Assembly: GCA_028749205.1 (NCBI GenBank)
Contig: JAQULR010000008.1
Coordinates: 2,672-66,671 of the forward strand
Source: Acidobacteriota bacterium
Lineage (GTDB): Bacteria; Acidobacteriota; Aminicenantia; Aminicenantales; Saccharicenantaceae
DNA: 64,000 nt
Direction of reading: 5' to 3'
Shown here piece by piece: positions 45,785 through 55,958 of this stretch. The notes under the pieces are model-generated. The model ran no database searches. It had not been told where the DNA came from and saw only the letters and a program-made list of their open reading frames with translations. Position numbers and translations under genes: made by a program. Within the stretch, counting starts at the first letter, position 1. Each line of letters begins with the position of its first letter.

Positions 45785-46900
45785 ATGAAGATCGAAATCT
45801 TTAAGATGGAAAGGATGCAATCACTCTGGGAAAATGTGGTGGATTATAATCTATCAGAAAGCGGCGTCCACCCTCTAAATTTAAAGGAATTATTGAGCCC
45901 AGAAGAAATCGAAGAATTAAAAGAAATCAGAATCGGTTACACCCAGACCAACGGAACGCCGGCCTTAAGGGAAAAGATTGCTAGATTATACTCGAATCTT
46001 GATCCCGAACAAATAATGGTAACCGCTGGCTCCTCCGAAGCTAATTTTCTCTTACTCTGGTCCCTGCTGGAACCTGGAGACGAGATAATTTTTGAACTAC
46101 CTAATTACATGCAGATGTGGGGGTTGAGCCGGTGTTTTGGGGCCAGGGTCAAACCCCTCTGGTTGAAGCCCGAGTTAAATTGGCAGCCAGACCTGGAGGA
46201 ATTGAAAAAGCTGATTACCAGAAACACCAAACTTATTATCCTGACCAATCCTAACAATCCGACCGGGGCTATTTTACACCAGAAGGTTAGAGAAGAAATC
46301 ATTAATCTGGCAGAAAAAGCTGGAGCCTGGCTTCTGGTAGATGAAGTCTACCGGGGGGCCGAGAGGAATGGGCAAGAAACTCCGTCTTTTTGGGGTAGTT
46401 ATGATCGCTTATTGGTGGTGGCCGGGTTGTCAAAAGCTTATGGCCTGCCGGGCCTCCGGTTAGGCTGGCTGGTGGGGCCAGCAGAGCTGGTCCGAAAAGT
46501 CTGGACTTACCATGATTACACCACAATTTCCATATCAGCTCTGACCGACCATCTGGCTACCAAAGTCCTGGAGCCACTAAGAAGACAGAAAATCCTGGGA
46601 AGAACCAGAAACATCTTAAACAATAACCTGCCTATTTTAGAGGACTGGCTCCAGAGCTTCGATGGTCTGTTCAATTACATTCCTCCACAGGCAGGGGCCA
46701 TTTTATTTACTCACTACAACCTTAAGGTCAATTCAACCGAGCTGATAGAAAAAATCTTAAAAGAAAAAAGTGTCCTGCTGGTTCCCGGAGACCATTTTGA
46801 GCTCGACCAGCATCTGCGTCTGGGTTATGGCTCAGATCAGGGATACCTGAAATCGGCTCTGGCACGGCTAGGCGAATTTTTACTTCAAATAAAAATCTAA
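45785..46900 (+). CDS. class I/II PLP-dependent aminotransferase
   Basis: NPNNPTG and the PLP-lysine motif GLSKAYGLPGLRLGW. Confidence 0.85.
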   Translation: MKIEIFKMERMQSLWENVVDYNLSESGVHPLNLKELLSPEEIEELKEIRIGYTQTNGTPALREKIARLYSNLDPEQIMVTAGSSEANFLLLWSLLEPGDEIIFELPNYMQMWGLSRCFGARVKPLWLKPELNWQPDLEELKKLITRNTKLIILTNPNNPTGAILHQKVREEIINLAEKAGAWLLVDEVYRGAERNGQETPSFWGSYDRLLVVAGLSKAYGLPGLRLGWLVGPAELVRKVWTYHDYTTISISALTDHLATKVLEPLRRQKILGRTRNILNNNLPILEDWLQSFDGLFNYIPPQAGAILFTHYNLKVNSTELIEKILKEKSVLLVPGDHFELDQHLRLGYGSDQGYLKSALARLGEFLLQIKI

Positions 46901-46929
46901 CCAAGAAAGCCGTAAGCAGGAGGTTTGCA

Positions 46930-47478
46930 ATGACCAACCAGGCAATTTTAACTGCCAAAAGAATATTTCTAATTTTTTTAATTACAGGACTAATCATCCT
47001 CCCCGGATTAGCCCAAAGCCAGATAACAGTGGCCATAATCAATTCCCAAAAAGCTTTTGATGAATCGACAGAAGGCCAAAAGGCGGTAGCTATACTCCAG
47101 GAACGAGAAGAGCAAATGAAAAGCCAGCTAAAAAAGCTGGACGAAGAAATAAAAAAACTGAAAGATCGGTTAGCCAGCCAGCGGCTAACTCTCAGTACTG
47201 AAGTTCAGAGCCAACTCCAGCTGGAGATAGATCAGAAAGAAGCAGCTCGCCTGAAATATGAACAGGAGTCTTCCCATGATTTTGAGCAATTCAAAAGTCA
47301 ATTGATTAAGAGAATCAGAGATGAAATGCTGGCTATCATAGATGACTTGGTAAAGGAAAGAGACTATGAGCTGGTTTTTGACCTCAGCGGCTCCGGCCTG
47401 ATCCACTATAAGCCCGAGCTGGATATAACCGATGAAGTCATCAAGCTCTATGACCTTAGTAAAGTCACTAAAAGATAG
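46930..47478 (+). CDS. OmpH/Skp family periplasmic chaperone
   Basis: Signal peptide. IAIINSQKAFDESTEGQKA followed by a long coiled-coil region typical of Skp. Confidence 0.8.
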   Translation: MTNQAILTAKRIFLIFLITGLIILPGLAQSQITVAIINSQKAFDESTEGQKAVAILQEREEQMKSQLKKLDEEIKKLKDRLASQRLTLSTEVQSQLQLEIDQKEAARLKYEQESSHDFEQFKSQLIKRIRDEMLAIIDDLVKERDYELVFDLSGSGLIHYKPELDITDEVIKLYDLSKVTKR

Positions 47479-47542
47479 CTATCTAAAAAGCAGTCTGGTT
47501 TGTCGCCATTTCAAAAAAAGATAAAAATTAGAGGCCTAGCCT

Positions 47543-48727
47543 TTATTTATCACCGCCTCCCTCCCTTTCCCCAGAAAAAGAAAGCCTCAAAAGGACAATC
47601 TCAGACCGGCTGCCGGTTCTGACTGGCGGCCCCCAGGTACCACTTCCTGAAGTGACATAAATATGAGTATCTCCTTTTTTTAGATAACCCCAGTTCTTCT
47701 CATAAACAAATTTGTTGATTAGGTTTAAAGGAAAAAGCTGTCCGGCATGTGTATGCCCCGACAACTGCAGGTCCACTCCAGCTTCAGCAGCCTCATCTAA
47801 GTGAAGTGGCTGATGGTCCAGAACCACTACCGGCCAGGATTCATCCACATTGTCTTTAACCATAATTTCTTTAAGAGGGAGCCTTTTTTCTCCCAGGCTG
47901 GCCGCAGCCCGGTCTCGGCGTCCAATTACAAAGAAACAGTCATCAACCTTAACCGCTCTATCCAGCAGAACAGTTACTCCAGCTCTTTCCAGGTAAGAAA
48001 TGTTTTTATCAAACCCCCCGTAATATTCATGATTTCCTGGACAGGCATAAAGGCCCAACCGACTGTCAATTTTTTTTAGCCAAAAAACCATCTTTTCTTC
48101 TTCTTCGAGCGACACCGCTTCGTCAACGATATCTCCAGCTAAAAACACCAGGTCCGGTTGTAGCTGGTTAACCCTTGAAACCAGAGATTCCAGACGGTTA
48201 GAGCGGTTAATTATTCCGAGGTGAATATCGGATATCAGTACCGCCTTAAGTTCAGTACCCGCTGGAACTTTCTTATTGATTCCGATCTCCAGGATTTTCA
48301 GTCTGGGATTAATAGCATTAAGATGACCAAGAAAGACTACCAACACTGCCAACCCGGCTATAGCGAAAAAGGAGCCGGGACTTTTGACCGACAGCCAACC
48401 AAATCCGGCTAAGGGCATCTTAAAAATCTTAGCGCCCCAGCGGACCAGGTCTTTAAGAAAAAGAAACATGACCAGGTAAATCATCAGAGCTAGATAGACG
48501 GCCCCAAATGATATCAGCACTTCGGAAAGATGATGACGAAATTGCCCGTTTATTATTCGGCCTGCCGGAAAGGCCAAAACCAAAAACACAAAAATAATTA
48601 TAAAAATCAACCGAGCCAAATTTAGACTGGAAACGGCTTGAAGTCCGCGCCAGAGAATATAGCCATTAATTACACCATATAATATCAAAGTAATTATCAA
48701 AAATATGATCAATTCTGAACTCCTCAT
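47543..48727 (-). CDS. membrane-anchored metallophosphoesterase
   Basis: Four or five N-terminal TM helices. SDIHLG, AGDIVD, GNHE and GHTHAGQ motifs. Confidence 0.85.
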   Translation of the reverse strand: MRSSELIIFLIITLILYGVINGYILWRGLQAVSSLNLARLIFIIIFVFLVLAFPAGRIINGQFRHHLSEVLISFGAVYLALMIYLVMFLFLKDLVRWGAKIFKMPLAGFGWLSVKSPGSFFAIAGLAVLVVFLGHLNAINPRLKILEIGINKKVPAGTELKAVLISDIHLGIINRSNRLESLVSRVNQLQPDLVFLAGDIVDEAVSLEEEEKMVFWLKKIDSRLGLYACPGNHEYYGGFDKNISYLERAGVTVLLDRAVKVDDCFFVIGRRDRAAASLGEKRLPLKEIMVKDNVDESWPVVVLDHQPLHLDEAAEAGVDLQLSGHTHAGQLFPLNLINKFVYEKNWGYLKKGDTHIYVTSGSGTWGPPVRTGSRSEIVLLRLSFSGEREGGGDK

Positions 48728-48814
48728 TATCTGACCTTGCTCATTCCCAGGTCAACCTGTCTTAGTCATTATTCAAAAAGTTAACACTTCAACACTTTGA
48801 CTCTCGGAAATTAT

Positions 48815-49369
48815 CTAACCCTCGATCCGGTTAAACCAGGCAATCTCTTTAAGCTCCTTTCTAATATGATTGCCTGGTGGACAACTGGCTGGATATCCTA
48901 AGGAGATTATCGCCACCGGGCGGTATTTCGAAGGTATTTTTAATATTTTTTTGACACCTTTGAGATTAAACCAGCCAATCCAGCAGGTAGCCAGGCCTAA
49001 CTCCTCAGCCTTCAGGATAAAATGCTCTCCAGCAATTCCCAGATCCAGCAAGTAAAACTGGGTACCTTGAACAAGACGGCCGAGTCTGTTAGCCAAGATA
49101 TCTGGTTTAGCCATCAAAATGATCAGAACAGGAGCCTTAGCCGCAAATCTACTGGTTAAATAGATACCGGAAAAAGCACTATCAGAAACTCGCTTTTTTA
49201 ATTCCTGATCATCAATAACCAGAAACCTCCAGGGCTGGACATTCTCTGCAGATGGGGCCAAGCGAGCTGCTTGTAAGCAGGCTAAAATTTTTTCCCTTTC
49301 AACAGGCCGGTCAGCATAGCGCCGGATACTACGCCGGCTTTTTATGATCTCATCAAGACTTTTGGTCAT
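48815..49369 (-). CDS. nitroreductase family protein
   Basis: RRSIRRY...APSAENVQPWRF N-terminal signature. Confidence 0.85.
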   Translation of the reverse strand: MTKSLDEIIKSRRSIRRYADRPVEREKILACLQAARLAPSAENVQPWRFLVIDDQELKKRVSDSAFSGIYLTSRFAAKAPVLIILMAKPDILANRLGRLVQGTQFYLLDLGIAGEHFILKAEELGLATCWIGWFNLKGVKKILKIPSKYRPVAIISLGYPASCPPGNHIRKELKEIAWFNRIEG

Positions 49370-49444
49370 CCACCACCTCGCTATCTTCTACATATTCATC
49401 ACCCAGAATTACCGGCTATAGGCCAATTTATATTATATTTAAGG

Positions 49445-50764
49445 TCAATAAATCAGATGAAATTTGGTCTGCCGCCCATCAAGGTAAATTACTCCTTCTT
49501 TGGTAAAAGAAGCATCCTGCTCCAGACCTATAACCACCTCTTGGTTGCCCCATTCTGGTACCTTCGAGCGACAGTTAAGTTCTATTGCATAGCAGGTATC
49601 ATAGAACAATTCATAATCACCCCGCCCGGGAACTTCGTCCTGTTGGTCCCATAAACCTATGGTTGGGCCAGCAGCATGACCGTGAAACCCCAAGGGGTGA
49701 GTATAGATACTGGCTTCGAGTCCTTCTTGATTAGTTTTTTTCAGGGCTGCAGACAAAATCTGATTCCCGGTGCGGCCAGCGATAAATTCTCCAATCAATA
49801 TATCCTGAACTCGGTTGGCTCTTCGCAGAGCTTCTTTTAAACCGGCGGGGGCTTCAGTTTCACCTGGCCTCAATACATAAGCCTGTTCTTGATGGTCAGT
49901 ATTCAAACGTAGATAAGTCAGACCAACATCACAGTGCAGGAGATCTCCCCGTCTTATAATGTTATCTTTATAAGGGGAAGAATCTGGACGCAGTATATCA
50001 ACTGAGGGCGAAAACCAGGTCTTAAGCCCAAGAGAAGTAATTTTTTGCCAGAACCACCATTCAAGCTGGTCACTGGTAGTAATACCAGGTGTTATAGCCG
50101 CCTCGGAAAATCCTTCCTGGATAATCTGATGAGCTATTCTGGCTAAATGATGATAGACCTCAATTTCTTCTGGCAACCTTCTTTCCAACCAGCCAACAAC
50201 CAGTCGTTCGGCTGAACAGAACTTCTGGGAGTAGGCTGGGCCCAGATATTGAGCTAGAAGCCGATTGTTGGTCGCCGACAGACCGTCAGCCAAAGCAAAA
50301 GTAGCCGACTCGTCAATAGCTATTCTTGACGGGTTTCTGGTTTTAATCTGTTCAGCCAGAGCTTTCCATTGGTCAGGTTCTTTTTCCTGGTCCCAAAGAG
50401 CTGGATAGATTTCGCCTATCGGATAGCGACTTATAGAAAACTTCTCAACTCCCTTTTCCTTTCCCCGATCGAAAAAAACCAGCATAGAAAGCCGACGAGC
50501 CGAAAGGTTTTCAAAGGGAACCAGGGTAGAATAAACAGGATCCTCATTATATTCTTGACAGATTACTATCCACATATCCAGTCCTTCTCTTCTCATCAAC
50601 TCCGGTAAAATCTTTTCTAATCTTTGCTCCAACCAGAGGTTTACAACCCTGGCCTGCTCATTTACCGAGAGAATCTCCGGAGGTCGGCCTGAGGAATAAG
50701 TAAAATTAAACAACACCAGTAGCCAGATAATGATTGCGACATTCTTGATTATTGTCTTTTTCAT
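49445..50764 (-). CDS. exported M24-family metallopeptidase (Xaa-Pro peptidase/creatinase fold)
   Basis: N-terminal signal-like helix. Pita-bread metal ligand pattern: LHCDVGL...NTDHQ, HPLGFHGH, AIELN, GLEQD. Confidence 0.7.
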   Translation of the reverse strand: MKKTIIKNVAIIIWLLVLFNFTYSSGRPPEILSVNEQARVVNLWLEQRLEKILPELMRREGLDMWIVICQEYNEDPVYSTLVPFENLSARRLSMLVFFDRGKEKGVEKFSISRYPIGEIYPALWDQEKEPDQWKALAEQIKTRNPSRIAIDESATFALADGLSATNNRLLAQYLGPAYSQKFCSAERLVVGWLERRLPEEIEVYHHLARIAHQIIQEGFSEAAITPGITTSDQLEWWFWQKITSLGLKTWFSPSVDILRPDSSPYKDNIIRRGDLLHCDVGLTYLRLNTDHQEQAYVLRPGETEAPAGLKEALRRANRVQDILIGEFIAGRTGNQILSAALKKTNQEGLEASIYTHPLGFHGHAAGPTIGLWDQQDEVPGRGDYELFYDTCYAIELNCRSKVPEWGNQEVVIGLEQDASFTKEGVIYLDGRQTKFHLIY

Positions 50765-50959
50765 AAGTCCTCCTTGTCTGATTTATCCTAAATTATTGAT
50801 TGGTAAACCAGGTTCTTTAGAATACATATTTAATCCTATTTCAGTCGTTCCTGGCAAGAAAATATGTTTTATTTAAGAGACATCTTCTGGTAACATAGCC
50901 TTATAGCTATAGATAAAGGCCAAAAGCATTGAGCTAAAGGAAATAAGAAGGAGAAAACC

Positions 50960-51961
50960 ATGAAAATTAGTTATTTTAAATTTCTGACCAGTTTTCTTAT
51001 GTTAGCCCTGATAATTAGCCTTTTCAGTTGCCGCCCAGGACCCAAAATTCCCGTGGCTGGACAGGCCCGGGGGCAAGATATGTTAACCCTGTTGCCAGCC
51101 GAAACTTCAGCTTTTATAGTGGCTAACTGGAATCAAATCATGAACCAGAGATTAGTTCAAAAAGCAATAGCCGAAGAAAAAGAACTGCAACCTTACCGAC
51201 AAAAAGCCGAGGCTTTTTTCAACCCGGAACAGGACCTCTTTTTTGTAGCTCTAGCCATGACTGGAGAAATAAAAAAACCACTTGAGAATCTGGTTCTCCT
51301 AACTAACCTAAAATATGACCAGCAGAAATTGGTCCCGGAAAGTGATCCGGACTCTACTCTGAAAAATTATGAAGAAATCCCTTACTTCCCGTTTATTGAA
51401 ACTGAAGGTTTTGAAGCCTGCTTGGCTTTTCTAGATGATTCTAATCTGGCCCTCGGTTCAGAGAAAGCAATAAAAAAAGTTATTGACACTTATAAAGGTA
51501 AGACTCCTAATTTACTAAGCCAACCTGAAATCAAGCCCTACCTTAAGGACATAAACATGAATGCCCTTACTTTTACCTGGCTTACTCTTCCTGCAGAACT
51601 TCTAAGAGAAGAAACCAGCGAAAATCCCGTCCTCCAGTTGGCTAAGAAAGTGCGCTATATTTCTTCATTTTCAGATTATCGGCAGCCAAACTATCTCACC
51701 GAACTTAAGGTTTATGCTGAAGATAAAAAAGACCATCAGCAAATTGCCGAAACTCTAACTGGACTTAAGGCCTTAGGTCTGGGTTTAAGCGGGGAAACTC
51801 CTGAAATAGGGCAGGCTCTGGATTCTTTGGAAATCACTTCAAGTGAAAAATATGTAAAGATATTTATCAGTCTCAATGAAGAATTGCTGGAAAAACTTAA
51901 GAGGACATGGCAAGAAAAAAATTTAAAGAGTAAATCGAAAGAAACTGACCAGGAAATCTAA
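50960..51961 (+). CDS. hypothetical lipoprotein
   Basis: Signal peptide with lipobox LFSC. AGGAG SD is present. I recognised no family. Confidence 0.5.
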   Translation: MKISYFKFLTSFLMLALIISLFSCRPGPKIPVAGQARGQDMLTLLPAETSAFIVANWNQIMNQRLVQKAIAEEKELQPYRQKAEAFFNPEQDLFFVALAMTGEIKKPLENLVLLTNLKYDQQKLVPESDPDSTLKNYEEIPYFPFIETEGFEACLAFLDDSNLALGSEKAIKKVIDTYKGKTPNLLSQPEIKPYLKDINMNALTFTWLTLPAELLREETSENPVLQLAKKVRYISSFSDYRQPNYLTELKVYAEDKKDHQQIAETLTGLKALGLGLSGETPEIGQALDSLEITSSEKYVKIFISLNEELLEKLKRTWQEKNLKSKSKETDQEI

Positions 51962-52058
51962 TCTGCTTTATTTTCCCTACTTCAGGGCTTACCACCGATT
52001 ATCTCTATGTCTGCCGTTGTCTGACTTGTTAAAGTTGGTTTCTAGTGTAATTAAACAG

Positions 52059-52080
52059 ATAAAGAACCTGAGTTCTTTAT
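52059..52080 (+). terminator. intrinsic terminator hairpin between convergent genes
   Basis: ATAAAGAAC-CTGA-GTTCTTTAT (9-bp stem) followed by GGTTTTGTT. Confidence 0.5.
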
Positions 52081-52123
52081 GGTTTTGTTAAATAATATCA
52101 GCCGTTGGGAACTTTAGTTCTGA

Positions 52124-52906
52124 CTACTCTTCAAACAAATATTCTTTATAAGAAAAAATCAGACTAGCCAAAATAAGAAATACCAAAATAATTGCTATGA
52201 GAATCAGGACCGCTAAGCCAGGTTTGGTGGGCTCGAGCCTGATAAACAGAAAACCCAGTTTGCCACTGCTGCTGGTATATTGAGGCAAGAGTGATTTGAG
52301 GTAATGGGCCACCGAGAGTTTCTGAGTAGTACCAGGAAAATACTGAATGATACTTTCCCAGCCGAAGCCAAAAGCGAGCCCAACCAGAATAGGCTTTTTC
52401 AGCCAGGCCCCCAGAAAGTTGAAAAAAGACATATAAGCGGCTAGACCTAACCAGAGAATTATGAAATACCTGAATACTGTCCCGATATCGTCCAGCCGGA
52501 AGTCCCGACCCAGGTTTAAAATCAAATAAGAAATTAAAACAGTGGAGATGAGCATAATTGACACCAGACTCAAGTAGGCTAAGTATTTTCCGGTTATCAG
52601 AGCGGCCCGTCGCACCGGTCTGGTAGTGATATACGACATAGTCCGGCCCTCAACCTCCTCGGCCAAGATTGAAGTCCCGTAAAACAAACCCAACAGAACA
52701 ATTAAGAATTGCAGAAAGAAGACCATTAAAAAATTCTGAAAAATCACCTGACCATTCTCTGTCCAGTAGCCGGCCAGTTGATAGGCCCTGATTATCAAAG
52801 CCATTAAAATCGAAACTGAACTAACCAGAAAAAAGGTCCTGGTTCTGGCCGATTTTTTCCCCAGAAAAAAATAAAAGGAGAAAACTCTCAGAATCTCTTC
52901 TCTCAT
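52124..52906 (-). CDS. ABC-2 type transporter permease
   Basis: Six predicted TM helices. I chose the ATG at 52906, which starts 1 nt after the upstream ATPase stop. The track start at 52951 is the alternative. Confidence 0.65.
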   Translation of the reverse strand: MREEILRVFSFYFFLGKKSARTRTFFLVSSVSILMALIIRAYQLAGYWTENGQVIFQNFLMVFFLQFLIVLLGLFYGTSILAEEVEGRTMSYITTRPVRRAALITGKYLAYLSLVSIMLISTVLISYLILNLGRDFRLDDIGTVFRYFIILWLGLAAYMSFFNFLGAWLKKPILVGLAFGFGWESIIQYFPGTTQKLSVAHYLKSLLPQYTSSSGKLGFLFIRLEPTKPGLAVLILIAIILVFLILASLIFSYKEYLFEE

Positions 52907-52907
52907 C

Positions 52908-53834
52908 TTACTTTTCCACCAGATAATCGAAAACCGCCTGGAGATTATCATCAGGTGAGGTTATCTCCTCTAAGTTGAGATCAGAATTAAGCACCAGCTC
53001 ATTCAGGCGGTCAAAAAATCTATCGCGATGATGAGTTTCAAAAATTACTGCTTGAGACTCCGACTCAAAAGTTATATTCAGAATATAATCCTCAGGAGCC
53101 AGCCAACTGGCCAATTCTCGAAACTGTGGTGATTTAATCTTGATCATATGGGGATGGGTATCAAGAAGTTCCCGAATAAAATAGATATCACCCTTAGCCA
53201 GAATCTTGCCGTGATGGATCAAGATAATTTCAGAGGTCATGGCTTCAACTTCTGGAAGAATGTGACTGGAGACCACAATGGTTTTACCTTTGGTTCTAAG
53301 TTCCTTGATTAATTTGATCAGGCGGCGTTTGCTCAAAGGATCCAGCCCGCTGAGGGGCTCGTCTAAAATCAAAATCTCAGGATCATGGGCCAGGGCTTGA
53401 GCCACCTTCAGTCGTTGTCTCATTCCCCGGCTGTAACTTCTAATCGGTCTCAGCTTGACATCTTGAAGTTCAACTATTTTCAAGGCCTGTTCAGCCAGTT
53501 TTAAGCACTCGGCTTTCCTGAATCCGTAAAGAGAAAGCAATCCGGATAAAAATTCCAAGCCATTCAATTCCTCATAAAAAGCATCAACTTCTGGGCAGAA
53601 TCCAAGACGGTGAAAGATCTGGTTATTATTCCAGACCTTCTGGCCATAAATTCTAACCTGACCGAGGTTAGCCTTTAGCTGGCCGGTGATTATTTTCATA
53701 AAAGTAGATTTTCCGGCGCCATTTGGTCCGAGCAAAGCAGTAATTCCCGGCTGAATTTCCAGGCTTATATCGCTTATCCCCAGAACATTCCCATACCAGC
53801 GAGAAAGACTGGTCGCCTCAATGACCGCGGTCAC
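52908..53834 (-). CDS. ABC transporter ATP-binding protein
   Basis: Walker A GPNGAGKST, signature YSRGMRQR, Walker B ILILDEP. Confidence 0.9.
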   Translation of the reverse strand: MTAVIEATSLSRWYGNVLGISDISLEIQPGITALLGPNGAGKSTFMKIITGQLKANLGQVRIYGQKVWNNNQIFHRLGFCPEVDAFYEELNGLEFLSGLLSLYGFRKAECLKLAEQALKIVELQDVKLRPIRSYSRGMRQRLKVAQALAHDPEILILDEPLSGLDPLSKRRLIKLIKELRTKGKTIVVSSHILPEVEAMTSEIILIHHGKILAKGDIYFIRELLDTHPHMIKIKSPQFRELASWLAPEDYILNITFESESQAVIFETHHRDRFFDRLNELVLNSDLNLEEITSPDDNLQAVFDYLVEK

Positions 53835-54706
53835 TTGATTACCTCCACTCCCCTAACCTTTCGGTTGACCACATAGTAAGCAAATAAGCAGAAAAGACAG
53901 ATGACGATAAAAGATAAATACCAGGGAAGTCCATAGGGCTTATTAGTTAAAAAGAATCCGGCTCCAACTTGTTGCAAATTAGCCCTGAAGGAAAACAGGG
54001 CTGAATAGGGTGAACGGAAGATGGTATACAATATCCCCCTGATAATTTCTGAAAGATAATAAAGGCCGAAAATGATGGCGATAACATAATTACGGTTTTT
54101 ACTTAACGATGAAGCCAAAAGGACAAAGGCAGTAAAAAATATCATCAAGAATAACGAATAAAAAATAATCGACAGTATTAACCAGGGATAATTTAAGAAG
54201 AATTTGAAGCTCCCGGAAAAAAGCAATTTGAGCACCACTAATATTATCCCCGGTACTATGGTCAGAAGTCCGACAAAAAACATCACTACCCCGGCTTTTC
54301 CCAGAAGATAATCAAGTTTTCTTATTGGCCGGGCAAAATACAATTGAATGGCTTTGTGTCGGAAATCATCAGCAATTAAGCCAGCTCCTCCGAGCGACAA
54401 CAGCAACAGAATAATAAAATAGATAAACTCCATGGTCAGATAGGATTTAAAAAAAGCCGGATTAATTTGAAAACTCTTTTCACTGCCCTGAGCAATAAAC
54501 TTAAAGTCTTCCAACCGCTCGGAAATATAGATAGCCCCACCATAGGCTAAAGCTGGCAAAAAAGACATAGAAAACAGCAGCTTGAAATGGCGTCGTTCAA
54601 AGGCCAACTTAATGCCGGTTCTGGTAATAGGCCAGAAAACCTGACGCCTGTCTTCTAATTGTCCGTCCCAGTGATGGTAGCCTTTCTCTCTGACTTCAGT
54701 CATCAA
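53831..54706 (-). CDS. ABC transporter permease (ABC-2-like)
   Basis: Polytopic membrane protein. It overlaps both flanking ATPase genes by 4 nt. Confidence 0.65.
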   Translation of the reverse strand: MMTEVREKGYHHWDGQLEDRRQVFWPITRTGIKLAFERRHFKLLFSMSFLPALAYGGAIYISERLEDFKFIAQGSEKSFQINPAFFKSYLTMEFIYFIILLLLSLGGAGLIADDFRHKAIQLYFARPIRKLDYLLGKAGVVMFFVGLLTIVPGIILVVLKLLFSGSFKFFLNYPWLILSIIFYSLFLMIFFTAFVLLASSLSKNRNYVIAIIFGLYYLSEIIRGILYTIFRSPYSALFSFRANLQQVGAGFFLTNKPYGLPWYLSFIVICLFCLFAYYVVNRKVRGVEVIK

Positions 54707-55617
54707 TCAACTCCCACTACCCTGGCAAATAAATCTTCGAGGCTGGTCTGACTGCGGACAAATTGCCTGACCTGAATTCTGTTTCTGGCAGCAGCTTTAA
54801 AAATTTGCCGGTGATCAAATTCGGGCGGAGTGTAAACCTTAACTACCCGCTCCTCATTCTCTTCCACCCGGCAGCCTGCGGCTTCCAGTTCCTTTCTTAA
54901 CAGCTCCAGTTCTCCTTTGATTTTTAGCTCATAAAGCTCATAATTAACCATCCTCAGATCTTCAATCCGTCCGACAGCAGCAACTTCTCCCCGATTGATT
55001 ATAACTACCTGTTGGCAGATAGCTTCAATATCAGCCAGGATATGAGAACAGATCAGGACCCTGATATCTTTAGCGGAAGCTATTTCTCCGATTAATTCCA
55101 GAATTTCCTGCCGGCCGGTCGGATCCAGATAACTGGTCGGCTCATCCAGAAAGAGAAGCTTTGGATCATGGACCAGAGCCTGAGCCAGTTTCAACCTCTG
55201 TTTCATTCCGGATGAATAAGTATCCGTCAGCCGGTAGCGTGACTCCCCTAATCCTACATAGAAGAGGACCTCGTGAGCCCGCTTCATAGCTTCCTGGCGG
55301 GGCATCCCTGACAACTCTCCCATTAGAGCTGTAAAACTTACCGCATCCATACCAGGAATAAAACACTCATCCTCGGGCATATATCCAATCTGGCGCCGGA
55401 TAAATTGTTGTTCTGTCCTGAGGTTATAACCGAGAACTTGGCCATCTCCCTGGTCCGGTGTCAGAAATCCGAGCATGATTTTGAGAAGGGTACTCTTGCC
55501 AGCCCCATTGGGTCCAAGGAGTCCAGTGGCCCCTTTATCTATCGACAGACTAATCCCCTTCAAAGCTTTAACCCGGCCATAAGAAAAATGAATGTTCTGA
55601 AGTTCAATACTCATCAA
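54703..55617 (-). CDS. ABC transporter ATP-binding protein
   Basis: Walker A GPNGAGKST, signature YSSGMKQR, Walker B LLFLDEP. Confidence 0.9.
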   Translation of the reverse strand: MMSIELQNIHFSYGRVKALKGISLSIDKGATGLLGPNGAGKSTLLKIMLGFLTPDQGDGQVLGYNLRTEQQFIRRQIGYMPEDECFIPGMDAVSFTALMGELSGMPRQEAMKRAHEVLFYVGLGESRYRLTDTYSSGMKQRLKLAQALVHDPKLLFLDEPTSYLDPTGRQEILELIGEIASAKDIRVLICSHILADIEAICQQVVIINRGEVAAVGRIEDLRMVNYELYELKIKGELELLRKELEAAGCRVEENEERVVKVYTPPEFDHRQIFKAAARNRIQVRQFVRSQTSLEDLFARVVGVD

Positions 55618-55958
55618 GCTGCCTGATTTTCAATTTACTTCTGACCATTTATAATCTCAAATCGCCTTAAGCTGTTTTGAGAGAAGTCAGTGGCCAAGGC
55701 TTTACCCACCAGCCAATTTTCCAACCACCTCAGGCCGGGCCTCTTTTCTCAAACCAGCTTATCAGTCATTTCCAGTAATTTTACCGAATTTTTTAATTTT
55801 TGCCAGCAGAATTTTGTCAGCCTGAATTATTCATAAAACTGGACATACTTTGAGATTTTCAATTATGATAGCTAAGGAAAAAATAAAGGTTAACCAGGGT
55901 TATGGATGAATAACCCAGGCTAATTTATTATCAAAGAAACCAATAAGAAGGAGGCAAA

